From assembly GCF_963921235.1 (NCBI RefSeq), contig NC_086108.1:11594001-11658000 (forward strand): a stretch of DNA of 64,000 nucleotides, given 5' to 3'. The translations under genes and the position numbers were made by a program. This stretch comes from Mobula hypostoma. Its lineage: Eukaryota. A model generated the notes under the pieces. That model did not search any database and had not been told where the DNA came from. It saw only the letters and a list, made by a program, of their open reading frames with translations. Shown one piece after another: positions 12,445 to 25,683 of this stretch (position 1 is its first letter; each line of letters opens with the position of its first letter).

Positions 12445-12823
12445 AGAAACATACAAAATTTTGAAAGGGATAGATAACATAGAAGTAGGAAAGTTGTTTC
12501 CATTGTTAAGTGAGACTAGAACAAGGGAACATTGCCTCAAGATTCAGGGGAGAAGATTTAGGACGGAGATGAGGAGAAACTGACTTTCCCAGGGAGTGGT
12601 GAATCTGTGCAATTCTCTGCCCAGGGAAGCAGTTGAGGCTTCTTCACTAAATATATTTAAGATACAGTTAGATAGATTTTTACATAGTAGGGGAATTAAG
12701 GGTTATGGGGAAAAGGCAGGTAGATGGAGTTGAGTTTACAGACAGATCAGCCATGATCTTATTGAATGGCGGGGCAGGCTCGATGGGCCGGATGGCCTAC
12801 TCCTGCTCCTATTTCTTATGTTC
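12445..12823 (+). mobile_element. CR1 3' fragment
   Basis: gaaacatacaaaattttgaaaggg... through the tail cctatttcttatgttct. Confidence 0.85.
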
Positions 12824-12865
12824 TAGTGTACATGGATGGGAGTGGTCTGGAGGGCTATGGTCCAT

Positions 12866-15800
12866 GTATAATAGATAATAGGTGCAGAAGTAGACCATTC
12901 GGCCCTTCGAGCCTGCACCGCCATTCTGAGATCATGGCTGATCATCTACTATCAATACCCGGTTTCTGTCTTGTCCCCATAACCCTTGATTCCCCTATCC
13001 ATAAGATACATATTTAGCTCCTTCTTGAAAGCATCCAGAGAATTGGCCTCCACTGCCTTCTGAGGCAGCGCGTTCCACACCTCTACAACTCTCTGGGAGA
13101 AGAAGTTCCTCCTCAACTCTGTCCTAAATGACCTACCCCTTATTCTTAAACCATGCCCTCTGGTACTGGACTGTCCCAGCATCTGGAACATATTTCCTGC
13201 CTCTGTCTTGTCCAATCCCTTAATAATCTTATATGTCTCAATCAGATCCCCCCTCAATCTCCTTAATTCCAGCGTATACAAGCCCAGTTTCTTTAACCTC
13301 TCTGCGTAAGACAGTTCGGACATCCCAGGAATTAACCTAGTGAACCTACGCTGCACCTCCTCCACAGCCAGGATGTCCTTCCTTAACCCTGGAGACCAAA
13401 ACTGCACACAATACTCCAAGTGTGGTCTCACCAGGGTCCTGTACAAATGCAAAAGGATTTCCTTGCTCTTGTACTCAATTCCCTTTGTAATAAAGGCCAA
13501 CATTGAAGGGATTGAAGGCAGATAAATCCCCAGGGCCAAATGGTCTGCATCCTAGAGTGCTTAAGGAAGTAGCCCAAGAAATAGTGGATGCATTAGTGAT
13601 AATTTTTCAAAACTCGTTAGATTCTGGACTAGTTCCTGAGGATTGGAGGGTGGCTAATGTAACCCCACTTTTTAAAAAAGGAGGGAGAGAGAAACCGGGG
13701 AATTATAGGCCGGTTAGCCTAACGTCGGTGGTGGGGAAACTGTTGGAGTCAGTTATCAAGGATGTGATAACAGCACATTTGGAAAGCGGTGAAATGATCG
13801 GACAAAGTCAGCATGGATTTGTGAAAGGAAAATCATGTCTGACGAATCTCATAGAATTTTTTGAGGATGTAACTAGTAGAGTGGATAGGGGAGAACCAGT
13901 GGATGTGGTATATTTGGATTTTCAAAAGGCTTTTGACAAGGTCCCACACAGGAGATTAGTGTGCAAACTTAAAGCACACGGTATTGGGGGTAAGGTATTA
14001 GTGTGGGTGGAGAATTGGTTAGCAGACAGGAAACAAAGAGTGGGAATAAACGGGACCTTTTCAGAATGGCAGGCGGTAACTAGTGGGGTACCGCAAGGCT
14101 CAGTGCTGGGACCCCAGTTGTTTACAATATATATTAATGACTTGGATGAGGGAATTAAATGCAGCATCTCCAAGTTTGCGGATGACACGAAGCTGGGTGG
14201 CAGTGTTAGCAGTGAGGAGGATGCTAAGAGGATGCAGGGTGACTTGGATAGGTTGGGTGAGTGGGCAAACTCATGGCAGATGCAACTTAATGTGGATAAA
14301 TGTGAAGTTATCCACTTTAGTGGCAAAAATAGGAAAACAGATTATTATCTGAATGGTGGCCGATTAGGAAAAGGGGAGGTGCAACGAGACCTGGGTGTCA
14401 TTATAAACCAGTCATTGAAAGTGGGCATGCAGGTCCAGCAGGCGGTGAAAAAGGCGAATGGTATGCTGGCACTTATAGCGAGAGGATTCGAGTACAGGAG
14501 CAGGGAGGTACTACTGCAGTTGTACAAGGCCTTGGTGAGACCACACCTGGAGTATTGTGTGCAGTTTTGGTCCCCTAATCTGAGGAAAGACATCTTTGCC
14601 ATAGAGGGAGTACAAAGAAGGTTCACCAGATTGATTCCTGGGATGGCAGGTCTTTCATATGAAGAAAGACTGGATGAACTGGGCTTGTACTCATTGGAAT
14701 TTAGAAGATTGAGGGGGGATCTGATTGAAACGTATAAGATCCTAAAGGTATTGGACAGGCTAGATGCGGGAAGATTGTTCCCGATGTTGGGGAGGTCCAG
14801 AACGAGGGGTCACAGTTTGAGGATAGAGGGGAAGCCTTTTCGGACCGAGATTAGGAAAAACTTCTTCACACAGAGAGTGGTGAATCTGTGGAATTCTCTG
14901 CCACAGCAAACTGTTGAGGCCAGTTCATTGGCTATGTTTGAGAGGGAGTTAGATATGGCCCTTGTGGCTACAGGGGTCAGGGGGTGTGGAGGGAAGGCTG
15001 GGGCGGGGTTCTGAGTTGGATGATCAGCCATGATCATAATAAATGGCGGTGCAGGCTTGAAGGGCCGAATGGCCTACTCCTGCACCTATTTTCTATGTTT
15101 CTATGTTTCTATTAGCCTTCTTCACTGCCTGCTGCACTTGCTCATTCACCTTCAGAGACTGATGAACAAGTACTCCTAGATCTCTTTGTATTTCTCCCTT
15201 ACCTAACTCCACACCGTTCAGATAATAATCTGCCTTCCTGTTCTTGCTCCCAAAGTGAATAACCTCACACTTATTCACATTAAACGCCATCTGCCAAGTT
15301 TCTGCCCGCTCACCCAGCCTATCCAAGTCACCTTGAATTCTCCTAACATCCTCATCACATGTCACACTGCCACCCAGCTTAGTATCATCAGAAAACTTGC
15401 TGATGTTATTCACAATGCCTTCCTCTAAATCATTGATGTAAATCGTAAACAGCTGTGGTCCCAATACCGAGCCCTGTGGCACCCCACTAGTCACCACCTG
15501 CCATTCCGAGAAACACCCATTCACTGCTACCCTTTGCTTTCTATCTGCTAACCAGTTTTCAATCCATGTCAATATCCTCCCCCCAATGCCATGAGCTCTG
15601 ATTTTACCCACCAATCTCCTATGTGGTACCTTATCGAATGTCTTCTGAAAGTCAAGGTACACCACATCCACTGGATCTCCCACGTCTATCTTCCTGGTTA
15701 CATCCTTGAAAAACTCCAATAGATTAGTCAAGCATGACTTGCCTTTGGTAAATCCATGCTGGCTTGGCCCAATCCTATCACTGCTATCAAGATATGCTGC

Positions 15801-15996
15801 TATTTCATCTTTTATAATGGACTCTAGCATCTTCCCCACTACTGATGTTAGGCTAACAGGGCAATAGTTCTCTGTTTTCTCCCTCCCTCCTTTCTTAAAA
15901 GTGGGATAACATTAGCCATTCGCCAATCCTCAGGAACTGATCCTGAATCTAAGGAACATTGGAAAATTATCACCAATGCATCCGCAATTTCCAGAG
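12866..15996 (-). mobile_element. 5'-truncated CR1 split in two (15112-15996 and 12866-13503) by a younger CR1
   Basis: ORF 15093-15839 ends QQAVKKAN and ORF 12952-13539 resumes MLAFITKGIEYKSK, adjacent residues in CR1 ORF2; RT motifs GVPQGSVLGP and FSDD. Confidence 0.92.
13504..15111 (+). mobile_element. Young 5'-truncated CR1 with an uninterrupted RT and C-terminal ORF2 segment
   Basis: 503-aa open frame: NYRPVSLTSVVGK, YLDFQKAFDKV, GVPQGSVLGP, FADD; (TTTCTATG)n tail. Confidence 0.96.
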
Positions 15997-16094
15997 GTCA
16001 ATTGGGACTCGGCAGAATAGTTCGACAGAGACTAGATGAACTGTAGTGCTCTATGACTCTATAACTTCTTGACAGGTTCATCACAGGTTAGAAA

Positions 16095-17140
16095 TTAGAA
16101 TCATTATAATCTTCTGGTTGGCTGCCGATGGCTGGTGGTGTTCCTACAGGGTCTTGTGTTGGGACCACTTCTTTTTATGTTATATGTTATGAATGATGGA
16201 ATTGATGGCTTTGTGGCCAAGTCTGTGGATGTTACAAAGATAAGTGGAGGGGCAAGTAGATTTTAGGAAGTACAGAGGCTACAGAAGGACTTAGACAGAT
16301 TAGGAGAATGGGCAAAGAAATGACAGATGGAAACAGTATCAGGAAGTGTATGGTCAGGCACTTGGGTAGAAGAAATTGAAAGGTTTGGCTATTTTCTAAA
16401 TGGAGAGAAAATACAAAAAACTGAGATGCAAAGGGACTTGGGAGTCCTTGTGTAGGGTTCCCTAAAGCTTAATTTGCAGGCTGAGTGGATGATGAGGAAG
16501 GGAAATGCAATGTTAGCATTAATTTCAAGAGGACTAGAATACAAAAGTAAGGATGTAATGTTGAGATTTTATAAGGCACTGGTGAGGCCTCTCTTGGAGT
16601 ATTGTGAGCAGTTTTGGGCCCCTTAGAAAGGATATGCTGAAGCTGGAGAGGATTCATGGGAGGTTCATGAAAATGATTCCATGATAGAATAGCTTGTCAT
16701 ATGAAGAGCGTTTGATGGTTCTGGGGCTGTATTCAGAAGAACGAGGGGTAGCCTCATTGAAACCTATTGAGTATTGAAAGGCCTTGATAGAGTCAATGTG
16801 GAGAGGATGTTTCCTATGGTGGGAGAGTCTAAGTCCAGAAGGCACAGCCTTAGAATAGAGGGGCATTCGTTTAGATGGAGATGAAGAGGAATTTCTTTAG
16901 CCAGTGAGTGGTGAATCTGTGGAATTCATTGCCACATCCAGCTGTGGAAGCTAGGTCACTGGGGATATTCAAAGCAGAGACTGATAGATTCTTCATTAGT
17001 CAGGGCATGAAGGGTTACAGGAAGAAGGTGGAAGATTGGGGCTGAGAGGGAAAATGGATCAGCCATGATGAAATGGTGGAACAGACTCAATGGGCCAAAT
17101 GGCCTAATTTTGCTCCTATACTTTGTGCTGTTATGATTTT
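16095..17140 (+). mobile_element. Decayed CR1 (RT to 3' UTR)
   Basis: gttcctacagggtcttgtgttgggaccac, CR1 C-terminal motifs with stops, 3' UTR gatcagccatgatgaaatgg. Confidence 0.88.
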
Positions 17141-17864
17141 ATAACAAAGCCTTTGCTAAATTGTCACACTAACTGATCCCAGGGCAGGGACTGCAGAGGT
17201 TAGAAGAGTGTAAAGCTCCCTTCTACATTGTCTCATGAAACACTTGTGGGGCAGTGACAGCTAAAGACAACTCCCGCACACCTCTGCTCAGGCATCTGTC
17301 TAAACTCAGCAGAGCTCTCTATCCCAGCACGCCAAAGCTGCATAGCTTGGATTTCTGTATTCACCGCGCTGAGGGAAATCGCCAGTTTATTGCTGATGGC
17401 CCTCTGGAGTCTGTGAGAGTTGCTGTCCATGCTCCGACAATATTATCTTTCAGTTCCTCAGTATAACAGGCAGAAGATTCATTCACATCAACCTGGCTTG
17501 AAGAGAGTTCTGCGAGAGTCTGAAACGATTCATGTTTCAAAGAGGTTTTAACCTGTTATTACAAAGATATCAAATGTCTAGGATTTCTCTGATAAATCAT
17601 GGTTGAATGCCTGTCAAGTGCGGATGTAGAACAGATAAATGGATACGTATTGAAACAGGTGGAGGGAAAATGGATCAGCCTTGATGAAATGGTGGAGCAG
17701 ACTCATTGGGCCACATGGCCTAATTCCGCCCTTGTATTTTATATGACCTTATGGTCTTATGCTTGTATTTTTCATAAAGTCATTTCTTACTTACTGCCTG
17801 TTACAGCACTGGCATTTAAGGTGCAAAGAAAGTCTTACATCTCTGTCTGTCCATACCATTCCAC

Positions 17865-18120
17865 ACAGATAAAGAAGGATTCTTCATTGCTGTTTCAGTA
17901 ACTATTTTTTTTGACCATTCAGGGTTGTTAACCTGAGCTGAACCCCCGAACCTGGAGGATCGATGGACCATTCTTATCCCAGCCTCTACCTTTGGCCTGT
18001 TTGACATAAATGACCTTATCAAGAACCTAAGCACGAGGTCCTGACTCCAACCAACATAACTCTCCAGTCTTTGAGGCACTCAAGCCTCCAAATCCAAAGA
18101 AAAGTTTGTGATCCTTGATC
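17865..18120 (-). mobile_element. RTE-related non-autonomous element (same family ~28458-28689 plus 29312-29390; 3' part at ~38568-38766)
   Basis: Reverse complement matches 28470-28680 (tttggaggcttg.gtgcctca...gagag.tatgttgg.tgga.tcagg); resembles Expander/Rex3-type 5' ends. Confidence 0.65.
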
Positions 18121-18121
18121 A

Positions 18122-18482
18122 CAGAGTCATAGAATTCTAGAAAAGTACAGCACAGAAACAAGCCTTTTGGCACATCTAGTCCATGCTAAACCATTTAGAC
18201 TGCCTATTCCCATCCTCCTGCATCAGGACCATATCCCTACAATCCATGCACCTATCCAAACTCCCCTTAAACGTTGAAATCGAACTCGCATCCACCATTT
18301 GTGCTAGTAGCTCATTCCGCACTCTCACGACCTTCTGAGTGCAGAGGTTTCCCCTCATGTTCCCCTTAACCTTTCCACCTTTCACCCTTAAACCATGACC
18401 TCTACTTGTAGTCCCACCTATCCTCACTGGAAAAAGCCTGCTTATGTTTACCCTATCTATACTCCTCATAATTTTGTAAACC
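18122..18482 (-). mobile_element. CR1 3' fragment
   Basis: VYKIMRSIDRVN...SRGHGLRVKGG...TQKVVRVRNELL. Confidence 0.85.
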
Positions 18483-19319
18483 CTTAAAAATCTCCCCTCT
18501 TGGTTGTGTAAAGTATGCATATTTTGATAATAAAATATACTTTGAACTTTTTGAACTTTGAGTATTACTATATATAACCTTGAGACAGCCAGAAACAAAG
18601 CAACCCAATAGAACCCATTAAATAAAAGAAGACTGTCAAACACCCAAAGCAAATGGTTCAATCAAGAAAAATAAAGCATTATTCTGAGGTTCACAAAAGT
18701 GAGTCCATAGCCATGAAGCCAGACTTGACTGCAGCCAATTCAGGAACCCATTAGTTGCAGGCAACAGCCTCAGCTCAGCGCAGAGATGAGTGATCTTCAC
18801 CGAGCCGTGAGCTGAACTGATTTGTCCCTTGCCTCTGGCCCTGACACTCTGACATTTTGAACCTGATCCGGCATTAAATTGTCCAAACCTTAATTCATTC
18901 CTCACTCTCAGACCCGGCCCTGCCACTTTGACACGCTCTCAGGCCTGGACCCCGCTTCCTCAACTTGGCTTGTACCTGAACTTTTGAAGTAGGTCCGACT
19001 CTTAAATCAACCAAACCTTGGGTTGTTCCTTGCTCTCATATCTGGGCCCCTTGTCATGCTGCCTCAACTCTGCCTCACCTTGGTTCTGCTCCTTGAAACA
19101 GCCTCCAAGACCGCTCCAGCAATGGCCAAACATTGGCTCAATTCCTGCTCTTGGGCCCTGCACCCTCGAGACTTCTGTTGACATCACAAAGATGCCAGAT
19201 TGTCTTGGAGTTTCAAAACCTCAGCTCAGATAGGGAAGTTACAATCCATTGATTGCAGTGATTGTTTACCAGAAAGCAGCTAGTTGTTAAGAGCTTTCAC
19301 AATGATCAATTAATGTACA

Positions 19320-19469
19320 AACCTGTACATTGTTGGACTGTGGAAGGAAACCCACGTGATGACAGGGAGGAGATACAAACTCGTTATGGAGGACGTCGGA
19401 ATTGAGTTCCAAACTCCGATGCCCCAGGCCGTAATAGCATGGCACTAAACACTACATACAGTGGCGCCC
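19320..19469 (-). mobile_element. tRNA-derived V-SINE-like (HE1/MER6-like) remnant
   Basis: Minus strand gggcgccactgt...gtgtttagtg...gagtttgtatctcctccctgtcatcacgtgggtttcc...ccacagtccaa. Confidence 0.6.
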
Positions 19470-20067
19470 AAGACACAGGCAAACATTGCAATGCTTTAAA
19501 GCACTAGTCCAGTCTGCCCATGGCGGGTGTGTGTGGAGGACTGGGACCTGTGTGAGGTGACATCTTTCTGAGGTGGGATGAAGAAAGTGAGTGTTCAGAG
19601 AGGCGGGAACTCAAAAATTGATGATCCATCGGTTTGTCTGATCCAGTTGTAAAACCAGACTTGAAAGATTCTGGAAGGGAGAGGAAGCAAATAGAATATT
19701 GGTGGGAAGACTCTGTTCCAGGTCAAATATATGGCTGGCGATTGATAAGATGGTAAACAAGTATAATGACAGTGATTTAAATTGGATCTGCACTGATAAT
19801 TAACGGTAATATTTCACACTGGGTTGGGTCACAAACTGGCTGAGGAAGTGTGGGGGGGGGGGGTCACACTGCCTCTTTACATCTTTTATCACTGATTTTA
19901 ATCCCAGCTCAGGCCTGAAACATCAACTGTTTATACCCTTCACAGATGCTGCCTGACCTGCTGAGTTCCTCCAGCGCATTGTGTGTGTTGATCTGGAATT
20001 CCAGCATCTGCAGAATTTGGTGTGTTTTGGATGAAATCTTTCTCTGCCTGTTGTCTAAACACTTATC

Positions 20068-21180
20068 ACAGGTCCAGACTTGGACACATTCAGGCTGGGA
20101 CAGGTCTGGAGTGGGGCAGGTCCACACAGGAGCAGATACAAACTGGAACAAGCCAAAAAAACCATGGACACACATTGAAGGACTTCGTATCTCATGTCCA
20201 AAGGTTCATTCATTATCAAAGCATGTATCCATATACAAATTGAAATTTGTCTTCTCCAGATAGACATGAAAACAAGAAAGTTGTTCAGAGAGAAACATCA
20301 ACCCTCCCCCTGTAAAAAACGAACGGCATCCTGATCATCAACCCCCTCAAAAACCTCCCCTCCCCATGTAAAAAACAGAACAGGAACACCAACCCTCAAA
20401 AAATAACCCTCTCCCGCACAAAACCATGTCTGAAAAAGTCCACAGTCCATAAACACAATAGTCTAATCCTAAATGCAGAACCACAAAACCATTTCACAAT
20501 ATCACCGACATTCATTGAAAGAGAGGGACACCACAGGAGGTAGACAGGCCTACCCTCCTGCCACAGCGAGGCGCACAGCCATAGGTCACTCACAGACTCC
20601 TTCCCTGGCAGCGATCAAAAGGCAAGCAGTCGCACCAAAACTCTCGCTCGCTTCCACATTTGCCTCAATGTCTCAATTTGCCTCGATATTTATTCATGTT
20701 CTCAACATTTATTGCTTATTTATTTATTATTATTATTTATTTATTTTTGTACTTGCAGAGTTTGCTGTCTTTTGCTCACTGGTTGTCCGTCCATCCTGTT
20801 GGGTGTGGTTGTTCATTGATTCTATTGTGATTTTGGATATACTGTGAATGCCCACAAGAAAATGAATCTCAGGGTTGTATATGGTGACCAGTATGCACTT
20901 TGATAATACATTTAGTTTGAACTTTGAAGTCTGGACTGGGACATGTCCAGACAGGAACAGATCGAGACCAGGACAAACCCAGAATGGGACTGGTCCAGAG
21001 AGGGGTAGATTCAGACAAGAACAAGCCCACATAAGGACAGATCTGGACTGGGTAGGCTTGCACTGGGACAAGTCCAGAAAGGAACAAACCTGGACTGGGA
21101 GAGGTCCAGACAGGAAAAAGCCAGATGGAGACAGATCTAGATTGGGACAGTTTGAAATAGGGTCAAACTCAGACAGGGAG
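20068..21180. repeat. Degenerate ~19-bp minisatellite (GGACAGGTCCAGACT-like) in two blocks, ~20068-20160 and ~20928-21180, split by retroelement insertions
   Basis: Recurring caggtccagac / gactgggac on both sides of the inserted elements. Confidence 0.65.
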
Positions 21181-21493
21181 CAATTATCCCATGATTAGGC
21201 TAGGATTAAATCATGGGATTGTTGGGCAGCACGTCTTGAAGAGCTGGAAGAGCCTATTCCTCTCTGTATCCTTATCAATAAATAAATTGGTTTATCGATC
21301 ATTACAGAATGTCCCTCTGGTGCCTCGCACTCCCCTCCCTCTCCTTTCCCCTTTTCCCAACCATGAGGCCCCCCTCCCTGCCCCTTTACCACTCTCAGCC
21401 CAAAATAAAGACTGAGGCTTATCATCACTCACATACTGTATGTCATGAAATTTGTTTCTTTTTGCAGCAGTAGAGTACAATACATAAAATTAC

Positions 21494-21563
21494 TACAAAC
21501 TGTACAAAAGTCTTAGGCTGCCTAGCTATCGAAGTGTGCCTCAGACACTTGCACAGTGCTGTA
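21494..21563. mobile_element. Small palindromic Tc1/mariner-like MITE
   Basis: TA-ca.actgtacaaaagtcttaggc...gcctcagacacttgcacagtgctg-TA: imperfect inverted ends flanked by TA. Confidence 0.6.
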
Positions 21564-22007
21564 CTTCCTGTGTGACAGACTGAAAGTGCACGAATTCTAC
21601 AGACTCAGTTTAATCCTAATGCATGTTCACCCCGTCATGCTCTCTGCCTTAATCCTGATTAGTATAACTGGCCAAATAGCTGACATTTATGATCTTCTGA
21701 AAAATAGAAATAGTTTATAAAAATGATGTTCGTTGTGGATGTCTGCTCTTTCAGTGTGGTTAGTAATTGCAATGTAATTGCCTGGTCATATCTGCCTCAT
21801 CAGTATTCACTGCTTGTGTCCACCATCTGTAAACCGTTGCAAGGGTAACCTTGTTTGCTAATCCTGTGAATGCTGTTTGCAGTAACCAATGCTGTGGGCT
21901 GTGAATATTGTTTTCTGGCATCCCCCAGTTTTATTCAGAACAGACCTCACCCAGAATTTAAATGCTGTTAGTGAGTCCTTGCTGCAAACAGTATAGTCTT
22001 CTCTAAG

Positions 22008-22370
22008 AACCGTCACCTTGTCCTGGTGGAGAGGTTAGCGAATTCCCGAGATCCCAAGAGTGCTACTGTCTGCAGCTTAGCTCCTGCTAGGGTCACCCAT
22101 GACGGCAAGGTCAGGGGAGGTTCCAGACGAAGAGCGATCCAACCGAGAGCTCAGTGGAGGAGCTGCTGGAAGATGATGACACATCATTGGGGCAGTGAAG
22201 GTGGAGGAAGGCTGCAGTGGTTCAGAGCTTGCATCCCATGCCTGACCCCGATCTGTCAAATGTTTTATGGTGTCTGCCTCCCTACATTAAACAAAATCAT
22301 GCACAGGTTCCTCCATTAAAAGATTCCACCCTAATATCCCAGATTCACCAGTAGACAAGCCGGAGAACAT
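22008..22370 (+). mobile_element. RTE-type 5'-UTR-derived element
   Basis: accttgtcctggtggagagg...tagggtcacccatgacggcaaggtc...ccagacgaagag resembles BovB/Expander 5' ends. Confidence 0.55.
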
Positions 22371-23060
22371 TATACTCGAGTCAAGTGATCGCACTCTACT
22401 AATCTACTAATACTAATACTATTACTACAGTTTAGCACTTGTGTTCCCTACATTACAATGAAAACCATGTACTTTGATAGCTGAGAAAGAGCTTGGCCTG
22501 TGAAAGGTGTAATAGAAATGCATCATTACATGAGAAGGTTACCCTTTCAGGAACTGCATAAGAGTGAGGAAGTACAATATGTGGTTCTCAGTTCCTGTTT
22601 ACGACTTGGGCTGAGGAACAGTCTGCGTTTACGTCCTTCATTGGATAGAGTATAAAACACAGAACATTTTAACACAACACAGGCTGTTCAGCCCACACTG
22701 TTATGCCAACCTTTTACTCCTAAGATCAATCTAAACTTTTCTTCCCAAATTGCCCTTCATTTTTCTATCATTCATGTGCCTATCTAAGAGTTTCTTAAAT
22801 GTACCTAAAGTATCTGCCTTAACCACCAGCCTGAGCAGCGGTTTCCAAGCACCCACCATTCTCTGTGTTATAGATTTACCTGTGACTTCCTCCCAAACTT
22901 TCCTCCAATCACATTAAAATTATGGCCCTCGTTTAAACCATTTCCACCCTGGGAAAATGGCTCTGGGGGTCCATTCACTCTATGCCTCTTATCATCTTAT
23001 ACACCTCGATCAAGTCACCTCTCATCCTTCTTCGCTCCACAGAGAAAAACCCTAACTTGC

Positions 23061-24066
23061 TGTCATAAGGTGGTGGCTGGGAACGGACCCAAGTGCAAGA
23101 CACGAACACTGAAGTACTAGGGACAGGACTAGGATACAGGGTGAGGGCAAGGACATGGACACGAAAACCGGGAACCCAGAACAGGACTGGACAACAGAGC
23201 TAGGAGCCAGGGCTTGGACTCCGAGCCAGAGACTGGATAAGGATCCAGAACCTGGGTCTTGTCCCTGGCTCAGACCCCAGAACTAGACAAGAACATGACT
23301 TGGCTGGCAGGCAGGACGAGGCTGGAGTCTTCAGACTTGAGGCAAGGCTTGAGACCAGAGATTTGAGGCCAGAGACTTGAGGTGAAGCTGGAGGCCAGAG
23401 TCTTGAGACTAGAGGCTTGAGGCTTGGGGCTCGGCTCGGATAGAGACCTGAGGTGAGGTGAGGCTAGAGACTTGAGGCGAGGCGAGGTTAGAGACTTGAG
23501 GTGAGGCTTGAGGTCTTGAAGCTCCTCCTGGCCAGGGCGCAGTACTCCTGGGCAGGGCACGGATCACCTGAGCAGGGTGCGCATCTCCACCTGACAGAGG
23601 CAAGGGGCAGGAAGGGACAGAACCCACTGCAGGGTAACAGCAATCTGGCCTGGCATACCCGACGGAGGCAAGGGATAGGAGGGGACCTAGATACAGGGTG
23701 GCTCTAAGACAAGACTTCAGGTGAGGCGAGGCAAGGGTTACTGGCAAGACAAGGCAGGGCTTCTGGCAATGCAAGGCGAGATAAGAACTTCAGGCGAGGC
23801 GAGGCGAGAGTTATCGGCTAGACAGGGCAAGGCTTCAGGCGTGGAAACAGAAGGCAGGGGAAGGGATACAAGGAGTAAGGACAACAACAATCCAGCAGCC
23901 ACACCTTGGTCTCTGGAGGTATTTATGCAGCCAGCCCCAACGAGCATCAGCTGCCTCAATTAGTGCTCAACAGGAACAGAAACAGGGTAGACAGGAAAAC
24001 CTGGAGCAAGGGTCAATGGACCAGACCATGAACTGGAATGCTGACTTCATGGACCAGACCATGGCA
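23061..24066 (-). mobile_element. Solo LTR (1006 bp) inserted in a minus-strand CR1 fragment (~22650-24206)
   Basis: TGTCAT...ATGGCA termini; 5-bp TSD CTTGC (23056-23060, 24067-24071); internal GAGACTTGAG repeats. Confidence 0.88.
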
Positions 24067-24329
24067 CTTGCTCAATCTATCCTCATAAAAGTTCTCTATA
24101 ATCCAGGCAGCATCCTGATAAATCTCCTCTGCATTCTCTCGAAAGCTTCTGCATTCTTCCTATAATGATGTAGCCAGAATGGAACACAATACTCCAAGTG
24201 TGGTCTTGTTGATCACATGAAGAATAATTTTCAGACTTGGAGAGCCATCAGCAGGGTGATCTGAAGATGTTTTAGGAGTCTGGCCATTAAAATATCAGGG
24301 GCCAGCTCTCCAGTGGCCTGGCCCTTGGT

Positions 24330-25575
24330 ATTTTCATGGGCTGCAATCATAGTAGTGCCCAAAAAGAGAACAATGAGCTGCCTCAGCAACTATCATCCAT
24401 TGAAACTCACATCCACTGTAATGAAATGCTTTAGGAGGCCAGTCATGGCCAGAATTAACTCCTGCCTAAGCAAGGACCTGTCCTGCCACAATTTGCCTAT
24501 CGCCACAATAGATCTACAGTGGATGCAATCTTACTGGCTCTCCACTTGGTCTTGAATCACCTGGACAATAGTAATACCTACTATATATCAGGCTGCTGTT
24601 TATTGACTACAGCTCGTCATATAACAGAATCATATCCTCAGTTCTAATCAACAAGCTCCGAAACCTGGGCCTCTGTACCTCTCTCTGCAATTGGACCCTT
24701 GACTTCATCATCAGAAGATCACAGTCTGTACAGATTGGAAATAACATTTCTTCCTTGCTGACAATCAACACTGGGATGTACCTCAGGGATGGGTGCTTAT
24801 CCCACTGCTTTATTCTCTCTACACTCATAGTTATGTATGATATCTATAAACTTGTTGATGACACAACTATTGTTGGCAGAATTTCAGATGGTGATGTGGA
24901 GGCATACAGGAACAATATAGATCAGCTGGTTGAGTAGTGTTGCAACAACAACCTGACACTCAACATATGTAAGACAAAGGAATTGATTGTGGACATCAGG
25001 AAGGGGAAAATGAGGGAACACACACCAGTCCTCACTGAGGGATCAGCAGTGTGAGCAGTTTCAAGTTCCTGAGTGTCAGCATCTCCAAGAAACTATCCTG
25101 GGCTCAACCTATTAATACAGTTAGAAAGAAGGCACAACAGAAATTTTATTTCACCAGGAGTTTGAGGAGATTCTGTATGTCACCAAAGACCCTAGTAAAT
25201 TTCTACAAATGTACCATGGTGAGCATTCTAACTGGCAGCATCTCCATCTGGTATGGTATTGGGGGGCGTGGGGGTGGGGGGTGGGGTTCACTGCAGTGGA
25301 TAAGAAAAAGCTGCATAACATTGTAAACTCAGTCTGTTCCATCATGACTACTAGCCTCCCCATCATCGAGGTTTCAAAATGGCGGCATTCATCATTACAG
25401 ACTCCCATCACCCAGGTCAGTCCTTGTTCTCATTGCTGCCAACAGGAAGGAGGTACAGAAGCCTGAAGACACACACTCAAAGATTCAGGAACAACTTTTT
25501 CCTCTTTGAATCAGACATCCAAATAGACATTGAACCCATGAACACTACGACACTACTTTCCTCTTGTTGCACTAA

Positions 25576-25606
<31 letters not shown>

Positions 25607-25683
25607 GTTCTTATCATAATTTATAGTTTTAATGATTATGTGTTACAATGCACTGCTGCTGCAAAACAACAAATTTCATGACA
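24330..25683 (+). mobile_element. Decayed Rex/Babar LINE (RT to 3' UTR)
   Basis: NYHPLKLTSTVMKCF, IYKLVDDTTIVGRI, SSFKFLSV.I...LSW, LLPTGRRYRSL; frameshifted. Confidence 0.88.
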
